DNA of 64,000 nt from an uncultured Alistipes sp. (GTDB taxonomy: Bacteria > Bacteroidota > Bacteroidia > Bacteroidales > Rikenellaceae), in assembly GCA_964521245.1 (NCBI GenBank), contig CAZFQU010000002.1:1526-65525 (forward strand). Reading direction: 5' to 3'. The notes under the pieces are model-generated. The model was not told the DNA's origin. It saw only the letters and a list, made by a program, of their open reading frames with translations, and did not search any database. Of the stretch, positions 8,431 to 16,801 are shown piece by piece. The position numbers and the translations under genes were made by a program. Positions within the stretch are counted from its first letter, which is position 1, and the number at the start of each line of letters is the position of its first letter.

Positions 8431-10161
8431 TTATGCCAAAGTCTCGGTCTCGACAACCTTGAAGAGTTCAACATCCTCTACGGGTGAGTTCATCACATAG
8501 CTATATGCCTCCTCAATCTTAGCGGCAGCCATCTTGCAATAAACCTTAGCCGAGTTTACATACTCCTCACACTCGCCAGCCTGACGTGCAAGCAGGAAGG
8601 GGATAATGATGTGACCGGCAGTCTCAACAAGACGACGCGAGTGGAACTCCTTGTAGCCACTATGCTCCTTGTCCAGAGTCTCAACGCGCTGAATCATCTC
8701 CTTGAACTTCTCAACAAGCGAGTTGAGTTTCTCTACTACGGGCTGCATCTCGGGGCTGAACTCCAAAGCCTGATAACGCTCAATCTGCTCGAGGTAAGTA
8801 CCCTTGGTTACGGAGTTGATAGCAGCCACAACCTGCAACTGCGAAGTACCCTCATAGATATTCATAATACGTGCGTCACGATACAGACGCTCGCAAGGAT
8901 AATCCTTCATAAAGCCCGAACCACCGTGAATCTGGATAGCATCGTAAGCCAGCTGATTAGCATACTCCGACGAGAAGAGCTTAACCAGAGGGGTAAAGCC
9001 GTCGGCAAGGCGGTTGTAGAACTTCATCTCCTGACGCTCCTCAGCCTCAAGCGAACGCTCGTGCGAGATGTGCATATACTGCTTGTAAATCTCGACGAAA
9101 CGAGTTGTCTCGTAGAGCAGTGCGCGTACACCCTGCAACTTAGCCTTCATGTTCGACAGAATCTCGGAGATAGCAGCGAACTTGATAATCGACTTACCAA
9201 ACTGCTCGCGCTCGTGAGCATACTTCAAAGCCTCGCGGTAAGCAGCCTCACACAAACCTGTGGACTGCGCGCCAATACCCAGACGTGCTGCGTTCATCAG
9301 CGACATCACATACTTGATAAGACCCATCTTGCGGTCGCCAACAAGCTGTGCGGGAGCATTGGTAAATACCAACTCGCAGGTGGGCGAACCCTTGATACCG
9401 AGCTTATTCTCGATACGACGAACCTTCACACCGCCATCGCGCTTGTCATAGACGAGCATCGACAGACCACGCGCGTCGGTTGTTCCCTCCTCGGTACGAG
9501 CCAACACCAGCGACACCTCGCCATCTCCATTGGTAATGAAACGCTTAACGCCATTGAGCAACCAAGTCTGTTTCTCCTCCGACCAAGTAGCCTTCAACAT
9601 CACAGCACCAAGGTCAGAACCTGCATCAGGCTCCGTGAGGTCCATTGCGCAAGTAGCACCCTCGCTCACCCAAGGCAGATACTTCTGCTTAATCTCCTCA
9701 CTCGCAAACTCATTGAGTGTCTCGGCGCAATCCTGCAAGCCCCAAATATTCTCGAAACCTGCGTCGCCACGTGCCACCATCTCGTTAGCCATAACGAAAC
9801 ATACGAGGGGGAAGTTCAGACCATCATACTTTCTGGGCAGGGTCATACCACTCAGTCCGGCAGCTACGATGGCATCGAGGTTACGCTGCGTTCCCTCTGC
9901 ATAAACTACGTGGTCGTTAACAACCTTGGGACCCTCGTGGTCAACACTCTCGGCATTAGCAGCAATCACATCGCCACAAACCTCACCCGTAATCTCGAGT
10001 ACCTTGCGATAGGAGTCCATAGCATCCTCAAAGTTCTGGGGTGCAGTCTCATAAACATCCTTCTCGGCAAAGTTGCGCTCCTTAAGCTCCACAATCTTAC
10101 GCATCAAAGGATGCTGGAGGTGGAACTGCAAATCTTTATTATCTGAAAAGAAATTAGCCAT
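8431..10161 (-). CDS. acyl-CoA dehydrogenase, long form with C-terminal extension
   Basis: 576 aa with ACAD-type segments (TEPDAGSDLG, ...IYEGTSQLQ...). Immediately downstream of etfBA. Confidence 0.88.
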   Translation of the reverse strand: MANFFSDNKDLQFHLQHPLMRKIVELKERNFAEKDVYETAPQNFEDAMDSYRKVLEITGEVCGDVIAANAESVDHEGPKVVNDHVVYAEGTQRNLDAIVAAGLSGMTLPRKYDGLNFPLVCFVMANEMVARGDAGFENIWGLQDCAETLNEFASEEIKQKYLPWVSEGATCAMDLTEPDAGSDLGAVMLKATWSEEKQTWLLNGVKRFITNGDGEVSLVLARTEEGTTDARGLSMLVYDKRDGGVKVRRIENKLGIKGSPTCELVFTNAPAQLVGDRKMGLIKYVMSLMNAARLGIGAQSTGLCEAAYREALKYAHEREQFGKSIIKFAAISEILSNMKAKLQGVRALLYETTRFVEIYKQYMHISHERSLEAEERQEMKFYNRLADGFTPLVKLFSSEYANQLAYDAIQIHGGSGFMKDYPCERLYRDARIMNIYEGTSQLQVVAAINSVTKGTYLEQIERYQALEFSPEMQPVVEKLNSLVEKFKEMIQRVETLDKEHSGYKEFHSRRLVETAGHIIIPFLLARQAGECEEYVNSAKVYCKMAAAKIEEAYSYVMNSPVEDVELFKVVETETLA

Positions 10162-11180
10162 TACTTCGAATTTTGTTTGTAATACTTAATCATCTTGGGG
10201 ATAATGTCGTTCACATCACCCGTAATTGCGTAGTCAGCAAACTTGTTGATGGGGGCATTGGGGTCGTTGTTAATCGAGATAATCATCGACGACTGATCCA
10301 TACCTGCTGTGTGTTGAATCTGACCCGAGATACCGCAAGCGATATAGAGCTTAGGACGAACCGTAACACCGGTCTGACCAATCTGACGTGCATGCTCGGT
10401 AAAGCCTGCGTCAACAGCTGCACGGCTTGCACCAACCTCGCCACCCAGAACGTCTGCCAACTCGTGAACCAGCTTGAAGTTCTCCTTCGAACCCATACCA
10501 TAACCACCGGCTACGATAACCGATGCACCCTTGATATTGATTTTACGCTCCTCAATCTGGCGGTCGATAATCTTAACAACCAAATCCGAATCTTTCAGGT
10601 AGTTCTTCCAATCAATCTGCTTAACCTCGCCTGCTGCGGGAGTCTTAGCATACTCCTTACGCATAACACCCTCGCGAACGGTTGCCATCTGAGGACGGCA
10701 GTCGGGGTTTACGATGGTAGCGATAATGTTACCACCGAATGCGGGGCGAATCTGATAGAGCAGCTGATCATACTCCTTGCCCGTCTTAGCGTCTTTGTGG
10801 TCGCCAATCACGAGCTGAGTACAGTCGGCAGTCAGACCGCTGTGCAGGGTCGATGATACGCGTGGTGCGAAATCACGACCAATGGGAGTTGCACCGAAGA
10901 GTGCAATCTGAGGCTTCTCAGCCTCGATAAGACCACACATAACTGCTGTGTGGGGCAAAGTGCGGAAGGGAGCAAACTCCTTATCGTCGGCTACCCATAC
11001 GGTATCTGCACCATATTTTGCCAACTCCTTCTCCACACCGGCGAGATTCTCGCCAATAACGACAGCTTCGAGCTTCACGCCGAGCGTATCTGCCAGCTCA
11101 CGACCCTTGGTCAACAGCTCCAGACTCACGTCGGCAACCTTACCTGCCTCGTTCTCTATATATACAAATACGTTATTCAT
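10161..11180 (-). CDS. etfA: electron transfer flavoprotein alpha subunit
   Basis: 339 aa. C-terminal FAD-binding region ...IACGISGQIQHTAGM... Its stop overlaps the acd start by 1 nt. Confidence 0.92.
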   Translation of the reverse strand: MNNVFVYIENEAGKVADVSLELLTKGRELADTLGVKLEAVVIGENLAGVEKELAKYGADTVWVADDKEFAPFRTLPHTAVMCGLIEAEKPQIALFGATPIGRDFAPRVSSTLHSGLTADCTQLVIGDHKDAKTGKEYDQLLYQIRPAFGGNIIATIVNPDCRPQMATVREGVMRKEYAKTPAAGEVKQIDWKNYLKDSDLVVKIIDRQIEERKINIKGASVIVAGGYGMGSKENFKLVHELADVLGGEVGASRAAVDAGFTEHARQIGQTGVTVRPKLYIACGISGQIQHTAGMDQSSMIISINNDPNAPINKFADYAITGDVNDIIPKMIKYYKQNSK

Positions 11181-11194
11181 ACTCTACAAAGCTA

Positions 11195-12073
11195 TTAACC
11201 GAGCGTGTGACTCGCAATAAGTTCAACCATAAGTTCGCTAATCTCAGCATCGGTGCCACTCAAACATTTCGACTCCTTAGCTTGGAAGACCACATTCTCG
11301 ATCTTCTTAACCTTGGTGGGCGAACCCAACAGACCGAGCTGATTTACATCGGGGTCAACATCCTGAGCCGAGAACTCTACAATCTGAAGGTATGGCTTCT
11401 GAGCAACCATCTTAGCATTCAGACTCTCGGGGTCGGCAGCAATCTCCGATGTGGTGAGAGCATACTTATACTTCATCACCCTGCGAGCATTCTGCGGACG
11501 ACACTCCTTAGCCGAACCATTAACGGTCATAAGCATAGGTATAGGCGACTCCACAACCTCAAAACCATTCTCAAGACGACGTTTGATTACAATCGACTCC
11601 TCTTTGAGTTCCATAATCTGCTCCGTATAGGTCACCTGAGGCAATCCCAACTTCTCGGCTACCTGAGGACCAACCTGTGCGGTATCACCGTCGATAGCCT
11701 GACGACCGGCAACAATTACATCGGGCTGAATCTTCTTCAAGGCGCAACTCAGAGCATAAGAGGTTGCCAATGTATCAGAACCGGCAAACTCTCGACCCGA
11801 GAGAAGATAACCGCCATCAGCACCACGGAACATTGCATCACGGATAATATCAGCAGCACGCAGAGGACCCATGGTCAACACGTGTACGGAAGAACCCTCC
11901 GAAAGGTCTTTGAGCTGAAGCGCAGCCTCCAGAGCGTTCAAATCTTCAGGATTGAAGATGGCAGGCAACGCAGCGCGATTTACGGTTCCCTCCGGAGTCA
12001 TCGCATCCTTACCCACATTACGGGTATCGGGTACCTGCTTTGCCAGCACAACGATTTTAAGTTGTTTTTTCAT
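11195..12073 (-). CDS. etfB: electron transfer flavoprotein beta subunit
   Basis: 292 aa. IVVLAKQVPD start is typical of EtfB. Confidence 0.92.
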   Translation of the reverse strand: MKKQLKIVVLAKQVPDTRNVGKDAMTPEGTVNRAALPAIFNPEDLNALEAALQLKDLSEGSSVHVLTMGPLRAADIIRDAMFRGADGGYLLSGREFAGSDTLATSYALSCALKKIQPDVIVAGRQAIDGDTAQVGPQVAEKLGLPQVTYTEQIMELKEESIVIKRRLENGFEVVESPIPMLMTVNGSAKECRPQNARRVMKYKYALTTSEIAADPESLNAKMVAQKPYLQIVEFSAQDVDPDVNQLGLLGSPTKVKKIENVVFQAKESKCLSGTDAEISELMVELIASHTLG

Positions 12074-12148
12074 ATTTTAGTTTTTTTCGGGCTTTAGCTC
12101 TCTCCTGCGGTCAGGAGGTAACGAGAGCTTGAGCCAATTTATCATTTA

Positions 12149-13417
12149 TTACCTAACTATTGTCTCATCACGATCGGGGCCAACCGATATAATCTTCACA
12201 GGAACACCGGTCTCCTCCTCGATAAACTCAACATAGCGACGCAGCTCTGCGGGGAAATCCTCGTAACGACGCACGTCACGAATATCGCTCTTCCAACCCT
12301 TGAACTCGCGATATACGGGGTTTATCTCCTCGCCCTCGACCGAGTAGGGGAACTCGGTAGTCTGACGGCCATTTATGTCATAAGCAACAGCAACCTTAAT
12401 AAAGTCGAAACTGTTCATCACATCCGACTTCATCATTATAAGCTGAGTCACACCATTTATCATAATTGCATACTTCAGAGCCACTAAGTCGAGCCATCCG
12501 CAACGACGCTCACGACCCGTCACTGCACCAAACTCGTGACCAATGCGACGAAGCGTAGCACCCGTCTCGTCGTTAAGCTCCGTGGGGAATGGACCGCTAC
12601 CTACGCGGGTGCAGTATGCCTTGAAGATGCCAAACACCTCACCAATGCGGTTGGGAGCAACACCCAGACCGGTGCATGCACCTGCACACACGGTGTTCGA
12701 CGAGGTAACAAAGGGATAGGAACCAAAGTCAATATCCAAAAGTGTTCCCTGCGCACCCTCGGCAAGCACACTCTTATCCTCCTTGAGCAGACGGTTAATC
12801 TCATGCTCCGAATCAATCAGACGGAACTCCTTGAGATACTCCAACGACTCAAACCACTGACTCTCGAGCTGAGCTACGTCGTAGTCGTGACCCAACGAGT
12901 GGAGGATATTCTCGTGACGGTGCTTAGCCTTCAGATAGATTGTCTGGAAGTCGGGCGAGAGAATATCGCCAACGCGCACACCGTTGCGGCTAATCTTGTC
13001 AGTATAAGTAGGACCAATACCCTTGCCCGTGGTGCCAATCTTCGAGCTACCCTTCTGTGCCTCGTAAGCAGCATCCAAGATACGGTGGGTAGGCATAATC
13101 AAGTGAGCCTTCTTCGAAATATAAAGACGTTTCGTGAGGTCGTGACCGCTCGCAGCCAAAGCCTGAGCCTCCTCACGGAAGAGGATGGGGTCCAACACCA
13201 CACCGTTACCTATTATATTTACCTTGCCACCCTGAAATATACCCGAAGGTATAGAGCGAAGCACATACTTCTCACCATTGAACTCGAGTGTATGACCGGC
13301 ATTAGGACCACCCTGAAAACGAGCAACTACCTGATAGTTGGGAGTCAACACATCGACCACCTTACCTTTACCCTCATCGCCCCATTGCAGACCGAGTATA
13401 ACGTCAACTTTTTTCAT
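12149..13417 (-). CDS. purA: adenylosuccinate synthase
   Basis: GLQWGDEGKGK P-loop directly after MKKVDVIL. I prefer the ATG at 13417 over the upstream alternative start at 13465. Confidence 0.95.
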   Translation of the reverse strand: MKKVDVILGLQWGDEGKGKVVDVLTPNYQVVARFQGGPNAGHTLEFNGEKYVLRSIPSGIFQGGKVNIIGNGVVLDPILFREEAQALAASGHDLTKRLYISKKAHLIMPTHRILDAAYEAQKGSSKIGTTGKGIGPTYTDKISRNGVRVGDILSPDFQTIYLKAKHRHENILHSLGHDYDVAQLESQWFESLEYLKEFRLIDSEHEINRLLKEDKSVLAEGAQGTLLDIDFGSYPFVTSSNTVCAGACTGLGVAPNRIGEVFGIFKAYCTRVGSGPFPTELNDETGATLRRIGHEFGAVTGRERRCGWLDLVALKYAIMINGVTQLIMMKSDVMNSFDFIKVAVAYDINGRQTTEFPYSVEGEEINPVYREFKGWKSDIRDVRRYEDFPAELRRYVEFIEEETGVPVKIISVGPDRDETIVR

Positions 13418-13462
13418 TTTTATTTTGGTTGTTGAGTTTAATGTAAAAACATTTTTTGCACC

Positions 13463-13470
13463 CAAAGGTA
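13463..13470 (-). promoter_or_regulatory. -7 box TACCTTTG for purA
   Basis: Exact TAnnTTTG on the minus strand, about 46 nt upstream of the ATG at 13417. Confidence 0.45.
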
Positions 13471-13722
13471 TAAAAAATTTGCTTAAATGCCCTATTTCAC
13501 ACCATTAAATTTATCAACATTTAATAAAAAAAGTTAAAAAATGGTAAAAACGAATAGTTTTCAACCCTCATAAAACAACCAAAAGCACCCATCGGAAAAG
13601 TAAAGATGTGGAATGAGCTACAAATGTAAACCGAGGAGTGTGGTGGATAAATTTGAATATCAATATTTTTTTCGTACATTTGTGAAATTGCACAATCAAA
13701 ACAACATCAAATAACTTATTAT

Positions 13723-13763
13723 AAAAAAATGGACCTGTCTAATAAGTTTTTAGGCAGGTCCAT
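13723..13763 (-). terminator. terminator module copy A (end of the ligA-dapA-DUF4919-C11 gene string)
   Basis: Hairpin ATGGACCTGTCT-aataagttttt-AGGCAGGTCCAT (13729-13763). The minus strand then continues with TTTTTTT. It starts about 30 nt after the stop at 13795. Confidence 0.7.
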
Positions 13764-13794
13764 TTTTATCAGAAGTTGTATAACAAGAGGGATT

Positions 13795-15075
13795 TTAAGG
13801 CTGAGTCGCCTCTACCCACTTAGTCTTTTGGTATGTAGTGGGATATTTTGTCGATGGAGCAGAGGTGGTAACACCCGAATAGTATTTTATGGCATTCATA
13901 GAGTTGTTGTAACCCGAATAGAAGCCAGCGGTGTGGAGTCTTGACCCCTCGGGGAAACACCTATCGAACTGCTCATTAAACTCCTCAAGCAACGATGAGT
14001 CGGCACATATACGCTCGATATATTGTCCGAAGTCGAAGAACAGATGGGGATACAACCCCTCGTAGGTTTGCAACATAGCGGGGTCATAACCTCTGGGCGA
14101 GGAGGCATTGATACGCTTGGTGATATCGGCAAGCTGCTCTATTTCGGAGCAGACAGTCAGTGCGATACATCCCGACTGGCGTGTAGTGGTCACCGTGGAG
14201 TAAAAATCGCAATACTCTCGGCAGAATCCATTCAAATCGTAATCCTTACCCTCGTTAACAAACAGATAGCGCAGAGCATTATAGTAGGGCATACCGCGTG
14301 CCATAATCTCGCAAGGCGATGCTACGATATACTTTGCCGAGTTGCGAAGTTCATACAGGGCTTCGATATTAGACATAAAGCAGGCATCGAATATAAGATA
14401 CTCAAAATCCACATCCGCATACTCAAATGCTGCTGCCCACGTCGATATGTTTGCCGTCTCGCGAGTGTTTGTCTGCGAATAGTCCTCACCGAACCAACGT
14501 GTGGGGTCGGCACCCTCCGATTTGTGGAGCAAATCCACATCCCCGTCATCAATCATATAGGTCGAGGACTCGCTGCGTTGCAGATTGAGATTATCCTTAT
14601 CGACCCATCCTCCGCCATGCGAGCCAAGCACCATACCATATTTCTGGGCAGGAGCCAACTTGGCAGCATCGTTGATAACCTCGACAATATGAGTAGCATC
14701 TATCGAGCGTGAATTGTAGTAACGTTTCAAGGTGTCGGCACGCGAAAGCTGCTTGTCGTAATCGAAACTATACTCTATGAGCAAGGATTGATTCTTAGCC
14801 GGCTGAATATAGACCAACAGACGGCTGTCGTAGAGTATATATTCGTCGATTGCCTGACGTATCTCCTCTACATTCGTATCGCGAAAATAGCTCAAAAGCG
14901 ACTGACCCGAGAGCAAAAAAATCACTGTTTGGTCGGCGACCTCTTTCGGCGGGCGAGGCTTCCATTTGTTATTATCCGGCTCGGGGCTATCGTTCTTCGA
15001 ACAGGAGATAAGTCCAAGCCCAGATATTGCCACCAGCAGAATGAGCATTGTCGTAAAAAATCGTTTCATCATCAT
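13795..15075 (-). CDS. clostripain-family (C11) cysteine peptidase lipoprotein
   Basis: 426 aa. Signal peptide plus LISCSK lipobox. Catalytic His context LGSHGGGW and Cys context FDACFMSN. Confidence 0.8.
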   Translation of the reverse strand: MMMKRFFTTMLILLVAISGLGLISCSKNDSPEPDNNKWKPRPPKEVADQTVIFLLSGQSLLSYFRDTNVEEIRQAIDEYILYDSRLLVYIQPAKNQSLLIEYSFDYDKQLSRADTLKRYYNSRSIDATHIVEVINDAAKLAPAQKYGMVLGSHGGGWVDKDNLNLQRSESSTYMIDDGDVDLLHKSEGADPTRWFGEDYSQTNTRETANISTWAAAFEYADVDFEYLIFDACFMSNIEALYELRNSAKYIVASPCEIMARGMPYYNALRYLFVNEGKDYDLNGFCREYCDFYSTVTTTRQSGCIALTVCSEIEQLADITKRINASSPRGYDPAMLQTYEGLYPHLFFDFGQYIERICADSSLLEEFNEQFDRCFPEGSRLHTAGFYSGYNNSMNAIKYYSGVTTSAPSTKYPTTYQKTKWVEATQP

Positions 15076-15089
15076 TGTTTGGGGTGTTA

Positions 15090-15827
15090 CTATTTATACT
15101 CTTTGGGTTTCAGATTGTTAAATTGCCATGTTCTATCGCGCTTGAAAGTGTAACCTTCGGGCTTGTTGCGATAGATTCGCCCATAATCGAAGTAGTAGCC
15201 CTTAATCTTCCTCTCGGGCGTGGTCTGAGGTTCGTTGAGGGGAATATATTCCACCGTGCGGCTTAGTATCTTAGCCTTCTGGAACGCAAGTCCATAGGAG
15301 GCAAGCAGACTCTCGGCGTGGTCGAACATCAGAATATGCATCGGAGTTTTTTCGTCTAAGCCATCGCCCGACTCTTCGATAGTACGCATTATGTGCCTGA
15401 GTTGCTCATAGGCTATCTTTTCTTGGGTGGTGTTACCCAAAGCACCATAGGCATAAGCCTTGAGGTTGAGAATCTCGGGGCTGAAGGGGTCACGCTCCTG
15501 AGCCTGCTCGGCAGCCATAATTATTCGCTCAATGGTTAACAATTCGGGATTGTCGGGGTCGAGCGATGAGAGCAGCAACATCAGTTTATCGAAGGGTTCG
15601 TTACTCTCTAAGGGGCGATAGTTCTCTTGAAAGGCATAGCCATAGTAGAGATAGTGATACGCCTCGTGGCTGAGCGTAAGGTCGCCTGCCTTAAAACGCA
15701 TCATCATATTGGGATAGTAGTACTCCGACTCGGGATTCATAATCTCGGATAGAATATGCTCCTCGTCGGGGACCTTTGCCCACAACAGCGTGGGCATAAG
15801 CGTAAGCAACAAAAGTAAGTGTTTCAT
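15090..15827 (-). CDS. secreted DUF4919-like protein
   Basis: 245 aa. Signal peptide MKHLLLLLTLMPTLLWA. Helical, TPR-like composition. The family call is from memory only. Confidence 0.55.
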   Translation of the reverse strand: MKHLLLLLTLMPTLLWAKVPDEEHILSEIMNPESEYYYPNMMMRFKAGDLTLSHEAYHYLYYGYAFQENYRPLESNEPFDKLMLLLSSLDPDNPELLTIERIIMAAEQAQERDPFSPEILNLKAYAYGALGNTTQEKIAYEQLRHIMRTIEESGDGLDEKTPMHILMFDHAESLLASYGLAFQKAKILSRTVEYIPLNEPQTTPERKIKGYYFDYGRIYRNKPEGYTFKRDRTWQFNNLKPKEYK

Positions 15828-15869
15828 TCGTGTTCTATTTTTTCTATCTACCCCAATCTAACGCATAAA

Positions 15870-16763
15870 CTACTTCAAATCGTATTTCGAAACCAACTCT
15901 TTGAATTTCTCGCGCAACTGAGGTGTACCGCTGACAAGGGGCAGACGCATACGGTCGCTAATTATACCCATGGTCGAAAGGGCGCACTTGACACCCGTCG
16001 GGTTACCCTCCTTGAAGAGAGCCTTGACAGCCTCGTCGAGTGGTTGATAAGCCTCGTCAGCCTCGTCGAAACGACCCTCTTTGGCAAGGTTTATGACCTG
16101 CATAAATCGCTTCGGAAAGGCATTTCCTGCCACCGAGATAACGCCATCGCCTCCTCGACGCATAACATCAACAGCTATGCCGTCGTCACCAGAGAGTACC
16201 AAAAATCCCTCCTTGCGGCGGTTTATCACATCCTGAATCTGTTCGATATTACCCGACGCCTCCTTAATACCAATCACATTGTCAAAGTCGCAAGCTATGC
16301 GCAAGGTGGTGTCGGCAGTCATATTGACGCCCGTACGACCGGCAATATTATAGAGTATGATGGGCAGAGGCGAGTTTTCTGCCACCACTTTGAAGTGCTG
16401 GTAGAGTCCCTCCTGCGACGGTTTATTGTAGTAGGGAGTTACGCTGAGTATGGCTGACGCACCACGCAAATCGAACTCGCGAAGCTGGTCAAGCACCTCG
16501 GATGTGGAGTTTCCGCCAACACCCAAAACCACAGGAACACGTCCTGCTGCACGGTCGATAATATAACGAGCCACAACAGCTCTCTCCTGAATGTAGAGTG
16601 TAGGGGTCTCTGCCGTGGTGCCGAGTCCCACTATGTAGTCAACACCTCCGTCGATAACATAGTCAACCATACGCTCCAATGCTTTGTAGTCGATTCTGCC
16701 TTCGGGGGTAAATGGTGTCACCAATGCAACACCTACGCCACTTAATTTGTGCCTGTTTTTCAT
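15870..16763 (-). CDS. dapA: 4-hydroxy-tetrahydrodipicolinate synthase
   Basis: GVALVTPF and GTTAE-type motifs. I prefer the ATG at 16763 over the TTG at 16772. Confidence 0.93.
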   Translation of the reverse strand: MKNRHKLSGVGVALVTPFTPEGRIDYKALERMVDYVIDGGVDYIVGLGTTAETPTLYIQERAVVARYIIDRAAGRVPVVLGVGGNSTSEVLDQLREFDLRGASAILSVTPYYNKPSQEGLYQHFKVVAENSPLPIILYNIAGRTGVNMTADTTLRIACDFDNVIGIKEASGNIEQIQDVINRRKEGFLVLSGDDGIAVDVMRRGGDGVISVAGNAFPKRFMQVINLAKEGRFDEADEAYQPLDEAVKALFKEGNPTGVKCALSTMGIISDRMRLPLVSGTPQLREKFKELVSKYDLK

Positions 16764-16801
16764 AGCTGCCAATATTTGATTTACATTACTAATCTCTCCT
16801 C

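Noticed and set aside
8611-10146. Very long ORFs on the strand opposite to recognised genes: 8611-10146 (+), 11207-12097 (+), 12536-13435 (+), 50957-51592 (+), 51667-52509 (-), 53660-55084 (+), 56275-57132 (+), 57169-58164 (-), 59704-60846 (+), 61104-62192 (+) and others in the track.
   Set aside because: Each lies entirely inside a gene with clear family motifs on the other strand. Their translations are Leu/Val/Arg/His-rich with no motifs, the usual shadow of GC3-rich codons. For 56272-57120 versus 56275-57132, the minus-strand product has a TM helix, a coiled coil, a TonB-C-like end and its own -7 box, so the plus-strand ORF is the shadow.
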